Assembly: GCA_964408945.1 (NCBI GenBank)
Contig: CAYPBJ010000003.1
Coordinates: forward strand, 58,623-122,622
Direction of reading: 5' to 3'
Origin: an uncultured Rhizobium sp.
Lineage (GTDB): Bacteria > Bacteroidota > Bacteroidia > NS11-12g > UBA955
Length of the DNA: 64,000 nucleotides
Shown: positions 9,446-18,894 of the stretch, piece after piece
How the letters are laid out: each line of letters starts with the position of its first letter
Position numbering within the stretch: the first letter of the stretch is position 1
Notes under the pieces: model-generated
What the model was told of the DNA's origin: nothing
Databases searched by the model: none
What the model saw: only the letters and a program-made list of their open reading frames with translations
Made by a program: the position numbers and the translations under genes

Positions 9446-10557
9446 CCGTGCTGCTCGGAATCATTCTTCTTTTACCCTACTTCTTTTTCTGGGGGATGGT
9501 TTTACGCTCAACCTTAAAAACAGATTCATCTGAGCCTAACATTGACCACCTACCTGAAATTACAATTATTTGCTCTATTAGAAACGAGGAACTTCTACTT
9601 CCCCTATTCCTAAATAAAATTATTTCTCTTGAAAACTCACAACCCAATTCATTGTATTTCATCTTAATAGATGACCAATCTACCGACAATACACCCAATT
9701 TATTGAGTGAATTCTTGCTTTCTATTAAATTCTCTGATCGAGTTACCCTACTCAAAACTTCCCCCGAAAACTCAGGAAAAAAACAAGCCTTAAATTTGGC
9801 ATTTCGCGATGCTAAAACCGAATGGGCTTATGTTACAGATGCCGATTGTTTGACCAGTTTGAAATCCATCAAATACTTGATACAAGCTGCTAAAAATCAA
9901 TCTAAAGCGGTGTTTGGACCAGTGATTTACACCTCAAAAAATACGTTTCTTCAGGTCTATCAAGTACTGGAAAATTCTGCTTTAATGATGCTAGGTAGCT
10001 TCCAATCTGCCAGAAAAAACAAAACCATGGGCAATGCCGCCAATATGTTGGTGCACGTCAACAGCTTTAATAAAATCAAACCATTTAATTCAAATCTGCA
10101 CGTGGCAGGCGGTGATGATATTTTCTTAATTGAATCATTTACCTGCGCGGGATTGAACGTTGAAACCGTTTCAAATCCTGAAGCATCTGTTTATACCCCA
10201 GTACTTGAAACTTGGCGAGATCTATGGCATCAACGAATAAGATGGGCTCAAAAATCGCGCTTCCAGAGCAAAAGAAATACGCGAAATTCGCAAATCTTAG
10301 CGGTTCTATTTTTTATTCTACTTTGGACAATTACCGTTCTATTTATCAACTTTGCCCATTATGTGGAGTTGGCAGCGATGTGGGGAACAAAAATCATTTT
10401 TGATATCTATTTATTGGAAAAAATCAACAGATTTTACCATCAAAAATCATCTATCGGATATAAAATGGCTTCATCGGTATTTCAAACTATCTTCATTCCT
10501 TTTATTGCCGTTGCTCAATTTTTTAGCAAGGTTTACTGGAAAAATCGCATTTATTAG
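9442..10557 (+). CDS. membrane-anchored glycosyltransferase family 2
   Basis: GT-A motifs (ITIICSIRNEE, ILIDDQSTDNT, a DAD-like region) followed by C-terminal TM helices. The ATGA start overlaps the upstream gene. Confidence 0.75.
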   Translation: MTVLLGIILLLPYFFFWGMVLRSTLKTDSSEPNIDHLPEITIICSIRNEELLLPLFLNKIISLENSQPNSLYFILIDDQSTDNTPNLLSEFLLSIKFSDRVTLLKTSPENSGKKQALNLAFRDAKTEWAYVTDADCLTSLKSIKYLIQAAKNQSKAVFGPVIYTSKNTFLQVYQVLENSALMMLGSFQSARKNKTMGNAANMLVHVNSFNKIKPFNSNLHVAGGDDIFLIESFTCAGLNVETVSNPEASVYTPVLETWRDLWHQRIRWAQKSRFQSKRNTRNSQILAVLFFILLWTITVLFINFAHYVELAAMWGTKIIFDIYLLEKINRFYHQKSSIGYKMASSVFQTIFIPFIAVAQFFSKVYWKNRIY

Positions 10558-12937
10558 CCTGTTTTTCTCTTCTACCCATTCTTTGGGAGCCCAGTTCTTC
10601 GATTCAGTTTCTAGCTCAAGATGGCCCGGTCAATATTCAGGTGACACTCAATTTTTTCAAAGAAACAATCAGCAAATCATCTCAAATTACAACCTCAGCG
10701 ACAAAGGTGATTTCCAATTAAACATCAAATCACTTCCCAAAACTTCACTCATTTTTTACGTAAGATTTGATTTAGAACTCAAGATAAATACCTCAACCTC
10801 TAATTCAATAAGGTTCGGATTTATTGACTCATTTGGCAATACCCAATTCATAAAATTAGGAAACACTCAAGACCGGTGGGAAGCCTTTATCTCCAAATCA
10901 TCAACGCCTGTAAACTCCGGAATGAATCAAGAATTCGCGGCATCTTCATTCAACGGAAGCATTCAATTGAGGCTAAATTCAGATTCATTAATCGTGACCA
11001 CTTACCATTCCTCCACCCAACTTATCACCGAACTTAAAATGCCCTTGTTTTTGGAAAACATCCAACAATTCTTCATCGGTATTCAACAATCTGGCAAAAC
11101 CGCCTTTCAATCACATCGAATTTCAAATATCACTATTAATACTCAAAAAAAGCAGAGATTTTCCCGCGTCAATATCAAGCAACTGAACCAAAATGAACTT
11201 AGTATTTCAGGCTCACATCTGTTAAAATTCAACTCAGGATCAATAAAAATCAACCAAAAATATCGATCCCATTCTTTGAATCCCGACCTAAAATCATTGA
11301 CTATCCAAATAGCGAAATCAGACTCCATTGATTTAAACATTCAATTGGATTCATTATTCACTATCTGGAATGAAGAACTAGAGCCGATATTGTTGTTCAT
11401 TAAAATAAAACAAATCACCCCCATACAAAGAACTGATATTGTCATATCAGAAATCATGTCAGTGCCACAGCCCTCGTTAAATCGCTTTCCAACTACAGAA
11501 TACATAGAGCTCTACAACAATTCAAATCATTATAAAAAAGCAACTGAAATAAAATTGATATATAACAATAAAGTAGTTGTCATACCCGATAGCCTTTTTC
11601 CACCCAATCTGCCTGTATTGTTGGTTCCAATGACTGAATTAAATACTTGGCACCTTTGGGCATTGAATAAATTTCAAACAACATCCAATATTTGGGGTAT
11701 ACCAAACTTCCCAAATCTGATCAATGCTGAAGGTATAGTGCTCTTAAAATCCCAAAACGGAGTTCTTTTAGATTCGGTCAATTACCAAGTCAGTATGCAC
11801 ACTGAATATGCTTCAAACGGAGGTTTTTCCTACGAAACCACCAATTTAAACCCTTTATCCAATAACTGTAAATGGAAAACTGCCTCAAAAAACGGTGGAA
11901 GTCCAGCAGCAATCAATGGTAGTTTCGACAATCTTTTTCCCATAGAAATTGAGGAAAACTATTTACTCAATGATAATTCCATCGCATTTAAATTAAATGT
12001 TCATCATCAATTGATTGAAGAAATTACTGTCAATTCTAATTCAGTAAGCCTAAATAATAAGAACCATAAGCAAAAAGTCTTCTTTGATATAAACCCTAAA
12101 ATTCCAAAACCAAATTCAAAATTGACCTTCAACGAAATTTATGTAAAATCTGCTACAAATACTGACTTCATTGAAATCTATAATCCCAATGAATATCCTG
12201 TTTTCTTGGAGTACTTTGATTTGTTGTTATACGATAATGACCATTTCATAAAGCAAATTATATCGTTAAAAAACGAAAAAAGAAAAGTGATTATGCCCAA
12301 CGAATATCTTGTATTGTGTGAGAACATTTACTCATTGATTCATCAGTTCGATTCATCACACCTATCCTCGCTGATTAGTATTGATCACTTTCCCAACTTT
12401 ATTCAAGAGGGAGGGCATTTGGCTTTGGTTAATCAATTAATTGGAATTACAGACGAATTCAGTTACGGACAAACAAAGCCCGTTAACAGAATCATTGAAA
12501 AAGATGCCTCATTAGAAAAATCGCATCCTCTATTACAATCAAACGACCCTAATAATTGGTTAGACTGTGTTTCTGAATTAGGCAGCACCCCCACTAAGTC
12601 AAATTCATTTTTGCTGAATCAGCAAATCCAAAATAAAAAATGGACAACCATTCTAAATAAGAGACTGTTAAAGAACCCTTGTGAGTATTACACCATATCA
12701 GTAGAACTCAATATTCCTGAGTTAGGATGCTTAATGAACATCAATCTCTTTACAATTTGGGGGGAGAAAATAAGTTCGGTTTGTGATTATATCGCCATAC
12801 CATCAAACGGAGTGATTCAATGGCCATTATTGGGTTCCAATAAAGAATTATTGAAGGGAAATTATATTGTTACCTTTGAAATAATAAACCCTAGAAAAGG
12901 CATTAAAACGGAACACCACAGAATCAGTCTTTTATAA
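10511..12937 (+). CDS. large secreted protein with two lamin-tail domains (LTD); function unknown
   Basis: Two LTD signatures: IVISEIMSVPQP…EYIELYNNSN and LTFNEIYVKSATNTDFIEIYNPNEY. A putative signal peptide (M)LNFLARFTGKIAFISLFFSSTHSLGAQ appears if a TTG start near 10511 is used. The ORF track's ATG start at 10352 overlaps the upstream gene by 206 nt, so the 5' boundary is uncertain. Confidence 0.6.
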   Translation: MLNFLARFTGKIAFISLFFSSTHSLGAQFFDSVSSSRWPGQYSGDTQFFQRNNQQIISNYNLSDKGDFQLNIKSLPKTSLIFYVRFDLELKINTSTSNSIRFGFIDSFGNTQFIKLGNTQDRWEAFISKSSTPVNSGMNQEFAASSFNGSIQLRLNSDSLIVTTYHSSTQLITELKMPLFLENIQQFFIGIQQSGKTAFQSHRISNITINTQKKQRFSRVNIKQLNQNELSISGSHLLKFNSGSIKINQKYRSHSLNPDLKSLTIQIAKSDSIDLNIQLDSLFTIWNEELEPILLFIKIKQITPIQRTDIVISEIMSVPQPSLNRFPTTEYIELYNNSNHYKKATEIKLIYNNKVVVIPDSLFPPNLPVLLVPMTELNTWHLWALNKFQTTSNIWGIPNFPNLINAEGIVLLKSQNGVLLDSVNYQVSMHTEYASNGGFSYETTNLNPLSNNCKWKTASKNGGSPAAINGSFDNLFPIEIEENYLLNDNSIAFKLNVHHQLIEEITVNSNSVSLNNKNHKQKVFFDINPKIPKPNSKLTFNEIYVKSATNTDFIEIYNPNEYPVFLEYFDLLLYDNDHFIKQIISLKNEKRKVIMPNEYLVLCENIYSLIHQFDSSHLSSLISIDHFPNFIQEGGHLALVNQLIGITDEFSYGQTKPVNRIIEKDASLEKSHPLLQSNDPNNWLDCVSELGSTPTKSNSFLLNQQIQNKKWTTILNKRLLKNPCEYYTISVELNIPELGCLMNINLFTIWGEKISSVCDYIAIPSNGVIQWPLLGSNKELLKGNYIVTFEIINPRKGIKTEHHRISLL

Positions 12938-12941
12938 TTTC

Positions 12942-13778
12942 ATGCAAATTCATCATTTTTCACGTCAACTATTATTACAAGAACTATCTAATGTTTGTTC
13001 CAAAGATGAAATTTCAAGTATTTCACTCTGGTTTGAAGATGCCATTAAAAATGGAATTACCCTTGACATTCTTGAAAATCACTTGAAACGCTTAAAGGAA
13101 GGAGAACCTGTTCAACTCGTTTTTGGATACACGTACTTTTACAAAAACAAATTCCGAGTAAATTCCCATACCTTGATTCCGAGGCCGGAAACAGAAGAAC
13201 TAGTAGATATAATCTTGGAACATTTTTCCTTAAAAGAAGATCAAAATAGGGGACTAAAAGTACTTGATATTGGAACCGGCAGTGGTTGCATTGCATTGAG
13301 CCTCTTGAAAGAACGTCCAACATGGAGGGCTACAGGAATTGATATTAGCTCTGAGGCCTTAGAAATTGCCAATCAAAATGCTCTTGATTTAGATGTAATA
13401 GATAGGTTTAAATCTAAGGAGTTAGACTTTTTAAAGAACGAAATCAACTTTTCAGAATTTGACATCATTATTTCAAATCCGCCCTATATCCCTATGAGCG
13501 AATTTAATTTAATGGATAAAAAAGTGTTAGATTATGAACCACATTCGGCGTTGTTCGTAGAACAAGATCCATTAATTTTCTACAAAAGAATTCTGGAAGA
13601 ATTAAAAAAATGTCAACTTGACACCACTAAAAAAATAAGAGGAATTTATTTAGAAACACATCAAAATTATAACCAAGAAACTGTAGATCTTTTTAGAATT
13701 TTTGAAGGTTCATTTTCTGATATAAAAAAAATCGAGGACTTCAGCGGAAATCCTCGATTTGTAATACTCCGTAATTAA
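12942..13778 (+). CDS. prmC: release factor glutamine N5-methyltransferase
   Basis: TLIPRPETEELV, the SAM-binding LDIGTGSGCIA and the NPPY motif (IISNPPYIP). Confidence 0.88.
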   Translation: MQIHHFSRQLLLQELSNVCSKDEISSISLWFEDAIKNGITLDILENHLKRLKEGEPVQLVFGYTYFYKNKFRVNSHTLIPRPETEELVDIILEHFSLKEDQNRGLKVLDIGTGSGCIALSLLKERPTWRATGIDISSEALEIANQNALDLDVIDRFKSKELDFLKNEINFSEFDIIISNPPYIPMSEFNLMDKKVLDYEPHSALFVEQDPLIFYKRILEELKKCQLDTTKKIRGIYLETHQNYNQETVDLFRIFEGSFSDIKKIEDFSGNPRFVILRN

Positions 13779-13782
13779 AAAA

Positions 13783-14409
13783 TTAAGCCAACTGTATCAA
13801 TCCGTCTTTATTGATCAGTTCGCCGCCTTTGTAAATTTGGGTAAGTGTGGTGTATACACCTTGAGAAAACCGTTTCATGTCTTTCTCCCCACTTTTAGCG
13901 AACAAACCAGTGATCAATTCTTTTGATGTCATTGGCTTTTTAACTTCTTTCATGAAGTTCATTATTATGTCTCTTTTAGTAAGTTCACCTGCTCTTTTTC
14001 TACCTCCACCGCGTCTTTGTCCTAATTCACTTTTAGCAGGTCTCCCACGCTTTCCTTTGGGTGCCAAAGGCTTGCTTGCAGGCCTACCAACTTTACCCTT
14101 TTTATTTCCAGTTACCGTTAACTTTTTTCTATATTCCTTTGCTCTATTCTTCCACAGCGCTATAGAAGCTTCTAATTTCAAGCGAAGTTTAAAAGCATCT
14201 TTCTGATTTTTCTCTTCAATTTTCTGAATTTCTTTTTGAGAAGACTCCTGGGCTCTTCTTACAGATTCCATTAAACTTAGTAACTCAGCCTCAAGTTGAT
14301 TGTATGTATGCGCAGATCCACGCTTATCAGCTTTCTTCACTTTATTCTTAGAACCAGGTTTTCTTCCTCGTTTTTTAGGAACTTTCGTTTCTACAGTTTT
14401 GTTTGACAT
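13783..14409 (-). CDS. basic lysine-rich DNA-binding protein with AT-hook motifs (histone H1-like N-region) and a C-terminal winged-helix (HARE-HTH-like) domain
   Basis: Three RGRP/GRP AT-hook cores (KKRGRKPGS, KVGRPASK, KRGRPAKS), a central charged coiled-coil-like segment, and a C-terminal segment DIIMNFMKEVKKPMTSKELITGLFA…VYTTLTQIYKGGEL. The ATG at 14409 (MSNKTVETK…) is preferred over the upstream TTG. Confidence 0.6.
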   Translation of the reverse strand: MSNKTVETKVPKKRGRKPGSKNKVKKADKRGSAHTYNQLEAELLSLMESVRRAQESSQKEIQKIEEKNQKDAFKLRLKLEASIALWKNRAKEYRKKLTVTGNKKGKVGRPASKPLAPKGKRGRPAKSELGQRRGGGRKRAGELTKRDIIMNFMKEVKKPMTSKELITGLFAKSGEKDMKRFSQGVYTTLTQIYKGGELINKDGLIQLA

Positions 14410-14624
14410 GATAAATTTAGATGAATGATTGAATTGCAAATTTCACTATTAATATTTATTTTTTTAGTAAGCCATCGAGGAAAATAATATTTTATCAGAT
14501 GAAAATATTTTAAAAACCCAATTACTATTGATTTATACCATTTTATATTTAAAATTAATGACTATTTTTTTACATAACTAAGAAAATAAAATAAACATCC
14601 TTTTAACCCTATTTTTGCACTCCA

Positions 14625-16436
14625 ATGCTGCTTCCATCAAAGTTTAGTAATCATCAAGAACTGCGCAATATGCCTGTGGAAGAACTTGTTGCCATTGCAG
14701 CACAATTAAGAAGTTATCTGATCAATACCATTTTAGAAAATGGTGGTCATTTTGCAGCAAACTTGGGAGTCATTGAATTAACAGTGACGATTCTTTCAAT
14801 TATTGACCCCAAAAAATCACCCATTATTTGGGATGTTGGACACCAATCCTATCCTTATAAAGTATTGACAGGCCGAGCAGATGAAATTAAAAATATTCGC
14901 AACAAAAATGGGATTTCGGGTTTCCCTAAAATAAGCGAATCTCCCCTCGATTGGTTTGGAACTGGGCATTCTTCTACCGCTCTATCTGCTGCCTTGGGAT
15001 TTGCTGAATCTTTCAAAAATAATCAAACTCGTCATCCGGTGTTTGCCATTATTGGTGATGGCGCGTTAACTGGTGGAATGGCCTATGAGGCTATGAACAA
15101 TATAGTAGATTTACATTATCCCTTAATTGTTATTCTCAATGACAATCAAATGGGTATAGATCCCAATACCGGCGCCTTAAATAAACACCTGATCCAACTT
15201 CAAAAAGACAAACAACCCCTAAAAGTCAAAAACTTCTTTGAATGGTTTGGTTTTACTTATCAAGGACCTTTTGATGGACATAATATCGAATCCCTAAAAC
15301 AAACGCTCACCGAAGCTGCAGCCAAGAACAAACCCTATCTAATTCATATTCAAACCATAAAAGGAAAAGGATATGAACCCGCGGAAAAGGAACAAACTCG
15401 ATGGCATAGCGCGGCTAAATTCATCAAAGTTGACCATCCCAAATCCGAAAAAAACATAGCCAACAATCAAATACCTAGAATTACAGATAAACAGCAAAAA
15501 TCTAAATGGCAAGATATTTTTGGAGAAACCTTACTAGAGCTAGCAAATAAGCATCCGGAATTAAGGGGAATTACTCCTGCAATGCCCAGCTCCTGTGGAA
15601 TGTTGCCCGCTTTAGAGAAATTCCCAGATCGCTTTTTTGACGTTGGTATTTCAGAACAACACGCAGTTACATTCGCCGCAGGGATAGCCGCAGGAGGTAA
15701 AAAAGTTATCCTGAATATCTACAGTACCTTCTTACAAAGAGCTTATGACCAAATCATTCACGATGTAGTGCTTCAAAATCTACCCGTAGTTTTTTGCATT
15801 GACCGAGCCGGACTCGTTGGTGAGGATGGACCCACACACCACGGAAGTTATGATTTAACTTTCCTCATACCACTCCCTAATGTAACTATACTAGCTCCAT
15901 ATCAATCTCAAGAACTTAAGAGTATGATGCATTGGGCTGTTAATCAAAATCACCCCGTTTTCATTCGATATCCTAGAGGTGAAACACTAAATCAAGATCA
16001 ACTAGAACCTACACTTGATCCCACAGAACCGAAAATCATCCACCAATCTGCAAACCCTAGAATTTTAATCGGTACTACCGGCATTGCTACACAGTTAGCC
16101 ATCGATGCACTAGAAAAAAAATCCGAAATATTCAGCCAGGTAGACCTGATCCACTTCCCAGCGGTAAAAATCAGCAACCAAGTCCCCAATTTTCTTTCAA
16201 AAAACTATGAACATTGCATCACAGTAGAAGATGGTTGCATCATTGGAGGATTTGGTCAATATCTTAAATACCTCTGGGAAACCACTTCAAACGAGCAATC
16301 ATTGCCAAAATTTCATCATTTAGGCATTCAAGACCATTTTCCTTCACACGGAAGTATTGCCGAACTTCAAAGAGATGAAGAGTTTGACGCCGATGCCATT
16401 CTTACCAAACTCAACCAGTTATTGATCAATTCTTGA
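14625..16436 (+). CDS. dxs: 1-deoxy-D-xylulose-5-phosphate synthase
   Basis: ThDP motif GDGALTGGMAYEAMNN, GHQSYPYK, and transketolase pyrimidine-binding and C-terminal domains; 603 aa. Confidence 0.93.
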   Translation: MLLPSKFSNHQELRNMPVEELVAIAAQLRSYLINTILENGGHFAANLGVIELTVTILSIIDPKKSPIIWDVGHQSYPYKVLTGRADEIKNIRNKNGISGFPKISESPLDWFGTGHSSTALSAALGFAESFKNNQTRHPVFAIIGDGALTGGMAYEAMNNIVDLHYPLIVILNDNQMGIDPNTGALNKHLIQLQKDKQPLKVKNFFEWFGFTYQGPFDGHNIESLKQTLTEAAAKNKPYLIHIQTIKGKGYEPAEKEQTRWHSAAKFIKVDHPKSEKNIANNQIPRITDKQQKSKWQDIFGETLLELANKHPELRGITPAMPSSCGMLPALEKFPDRFFDVGISEQHAVTFAAGIAAGGKKVILNIYSTFLQRAYDQIIHDVVLQNLPVVFCIDRAGLVGEDGPTHHGSYDLTFLIPLPNVTILAPYQSQELKSMMHWAVNQNHPVFIRYPRGETLNQDQLEPTLDPTEPKIIHQSANPRILIGTTGIATQLAIDALEKKSEIFSQVDLIHFPAVKISNQVPNFLSKNYEHCITVEDGCIIGGFGQYLKYLWETTSNEQSLPKFHHLGIQDHFPSHGSIAELQRDEEFDADAILTKLNQLLINS

Positions 16437-16981
16437 CCCTTAGGGGTTAGAACACTCTCCGGGTGAAATTGAACACCAAAAATAGGTGCGCTCTTATGTT
16501 GAAAAGCCATAATTTCATGGTCTTCCGCCCTTGCTAAAACTTCTAATTGCGAAACTCCAAACGAAGCATCATCTACCACCAATGAATGATATCTTCCCAC
16601 TTGTAACTCTTGAGGCAGGCCATTGAAGAGCCCGCTTCCCGCATCTCCTGAATGAGAAATAACCGAAGATTTTCCATGAACTGGTTCCTTTGCCCGTCTT
16701 AATGTCCAACCAAAAAATTGCCCCAATGCTTGATGTCCCAAACAAACTCCTAAAATGGGCTTCTTCAAATCAACCAACCGTTCCAATATCCGCATTAAAT
16801 CACCTGAATTTTCAGGTTCATTGGGACCGGGACCTATCAGAAATGCATCGCATTTCTCCAATTCTGACCATCGTTTCGATAATTCGTGATTCTCAAAAAT
16901 AACTACATCTCCCCCTGCTTTGCGCAAATAATGCACTAAGTTGTAGCTGAAAGAATCAAAATTTTCTATAAATCCTATCAC
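16367..16981 (-). CDS. pabA: anthranilate/aminodeoxychorismate synthase component II (class I glutamine amidotransferase)
   Basis: MIGFIENFDSFSYNLV…, catalytic GVCLGHQ, and FGVQFHPES. Its 3' end overlaps the convergent dxs by 70 nt. Confidence 0.85.
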   Translation of the reverse strand: MIGFIENFDSFSYNLVHYLRKAGGDVVIFENHELSKRWSELEKCDAFLIGPGPNEPENSGDLMRILERLVDLKKPILGVCLGHQALGQFFGWTLRRAKEPVHGKSSVISHSGDAGSGLFNGLPQELQVGRYHSLVVDDASFGVSQLEVLARAEDHEIMAFQHKSAPIFGVQFHPESVLTPKGQELINNWLSLVRMASASNSSSL

Positions 16982-17658
16982 ACCGAGAACTTTTGAGAAA
17001 TACCTGCAACAAACTCCTTTAAGTAATACGGTTCAAAATATGCTACATCTTCAAATTCACCCCTAATGAGTTTTTGTGCTGCAGCCTTGGCAAACATATG
17101 AGCTTCAGGACCAGAAATTGTTTTCGCATTTGGTGCAGACAATAATCGCTGCGCCTTATCACCGCTGTTTCCAATAAAAACTGTAGTTTCCAAATCAACT
17201 AAGCCGCTCAAACAGCCTTTGGTTAAAATCATTGCTTCCACGTTTTTCTTCACTTCACCTAGTTCATCTATGACGCAAATATAAACCTCGTCGCGGCGAG
17301 CATCGAGCATAGAACAAATAGACCCACTTACATGATGTTCTTGATCTTGAGCCCAATATGCCATTGCCAACAAACCATTTATAGACAATAGTTTACATCC
17401 CAAAGCATAACAAAGACCCTTGGCCAAACTCACTCCAATTCTCAAACCCGTATAACTACCTGGGCCCTGATTTACGGCTACGGCCATCAACGGCACATCC
17501 AATTTCTGAAGCTCTGTGAATGCTTTTTCAACCAATACAGGAAGTTGCTCAGAATGTGATTGCTTCACAAAAACCGTTTCGCTCCACAACAAATTACCCT
17601 GTTCGTCCGTTAAACAAACCGACGGGTAATCAGCCGAGGACTCAATCACGAGAATCAT
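16978..17658 (-). CDS. tsaB: tRNA threonylcarbamoyladenosine biosynthesis protein TsaB
   Basis: MILVIESSADYPSVCL…GPGSYTGLRIGVS (YeaZ family). Confidence 0.88.
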   Translation of the reverse strand: MILVIESSADYPSVCLTDEQGNLLWSETVFVKQSHSEQLPVLVEKAFTELQKLDVPLMAVAVNQGPGSYTGLRIGVSLAKGLCYALGCKLLSINGLLAMAYWAQDQEHHVSGSICSMLDARRDEVYICVIDELGEVKKNVEAMILTKGCLSGLVDLETTVFIGNSGDKAQRLLSAPNAKTISGPEAHMFAKAAAQKLIRGEFEDVAYFEPYYLKEFVAGISQKFSV

Positions 17659-17703
17659 ACCTCAAAGTTAATTCGTAAATTCGCGTATCCAAAAGAATTG
17701 AAC

Positions 17704-18882
17704 ATGACAAGAGAAGTTTTCATCGTTGGTGCCAAAAGAACTCCATTGGGGAGCTTCAATGGAGCACTTTCTTCAGTGCCCGCCACAAAATTAGGAGCCG
17801 TTGCCATTAAAGCTGCCTTGGAACAAGCAGGATTGAGCGTTGACCAAGTAGAAGAAGTATTGATGGGAAATGTATTACAAGCTGGTGTTGGACAAGCACC
17901 TGCTCGTCAAGCATCGAAGTTCGCGGGTATCCCAGATCATGTTCCTGCTACCACCATAAACAAAGTTTGCGCTAGTGGAATGAAAGCCATTGCCTTGGGA
18001 ATGCAGAGCATTCAATTGGGATATGCAGATGTTGTGGTTGCCGGCGGCATGGAAAACATGAGCCTTGCTCCACATTACTTGCCCAATAGCCGTGCCGGTT
18101 ATAAATACGGAAACTTCCAAGCCGTTGATGCTATTGTTCATGATGGTTTGACCGATGTTTACTCAAATACATTGATGGGAACTTGCGCCGAAACCTGTGC
18201 AACAGAATACAACTTCAGCCGCGAAGACCAAGACAATTTTGCCATTGAAAGTTACAAACGCTCGGCTAAAGCTTGGGCCGAAGGTAAATTCAACGACGAA
18301 ATTGCGCCTGTAACCATATCCACCAAAAAGGGTGATATCACCATTACTGAAGACGAAGAATACAAAAACGTAAAGTTTGATAAAATCCCTGAATTGCGTC
18401 CTGTTTTCAAGAAAGACGGAACCGTTACCGCCGCGAATGCATCAACCATCAATGACGGTGCTGCTGTAATGGTATTGGTGAGTGGCGAAAAATTGAAAGA
18501 ACTTGGACTCACACCTTTGGCAAAAATTGTAGGTGTTGCAGACGCTGAACAAGCTCCCGAATGGTTTACCACAACCCCAAGCGAAGCTCTTCCCAAAGCG
18601 GTGAAACGCGCAAACCTTGAAATGTCTGACCTAGATTACGTAGAACTCAACGAAGCATTTGCAGTGGTTGGGCTCGCTAACATCAAATTAATGAACCTTG
18701 ACCCTTCAAAGGTGAATGTAAACGGCGGTGCTGTTTCTTTGGGACATCCACTCGGTGCTTCAGGCGCTCGCGTGATGGTGACGCTTTTGAACGTTTTGAA
18801 GCAAAATAACGGCAAAATTGGCGGTGCAGGTATCTGCAACGGCGGTGGAGGTGCTTCGGCAATGGTCATAGAAAATTGCTAA
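17704..18882 (+). CDS. acetyl-CoA C-acetyltransferase (thiolase II)
   Basis: Thiolase signatures: NKVCASGMKA (active-site Cys), NVNGGAVSLGHPLGASGAR, and a C-terminal GICNGGGGASAMVIE. Confidence 0.92.
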   Translation: MTREVFIVGAKRTPLGSFNGALSSVPATKLGAVAIKAALEQAGLSVDQVEEVLMGNVLQAGVGQAPARQASKFAGIPDHVPATTINKVCASGMKAIALGMQSIQLGYADVVVAGGMENMSLAPHYLPNSRAGYKYGNFQAVDAIVHDGLTDVYSNTLMGTCAETCATEYNFSREDQDNFAIESYKRSAKAWAEGKFNDEIAPVTISTKKGDITITEDEEYKNVKFDKIPELRPVFKKDGTVTAANASTINDGAAVMVLVSGEKLKELGLTPLAKIVGVADAEQAPEWFTTTPSEALPKAVKRANLEMSDLDYVELNEAFAVVGLANIKLMNLDPSKVNVNGGAVSLGHPLGASGARVMVTLLNVLKQNNGKIGGAGICNGGGGASAMVIENC

Positions 18883-18894
18883 TCTGATTTAATT

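Noticed and set aside
10352-10557. ATG start at 10352 for the LTD protein, overlapping the upstream GT2 by 206 nt.
   Set aside because: The overlap is long and the N-terminus is not signal-like. A downstream TTG start gives a canonical signal peptide. I keep it as an alternative rather than a separate feature.
14440-14624. A 185-bp AT-rich intergenic region scanned for a small RNA or tRNA.
   Set aside because: No cloverleaf-compatible segments and no conserved-looking structure. It is best explained as a shared divergent promoter region (a -7 box TATTTTTG sits about 7 nt before the dxs ATG, suggesting a very short or absent leader).
17875-18869. Three minus-strand ORFs inside the thiolase gene (17875..18141, 18252..18596, 18636..18869).
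   Set aside because: They are antisense shadows of a highly conserved thiolase with Ala/Gly-rich codons and have no independent support.
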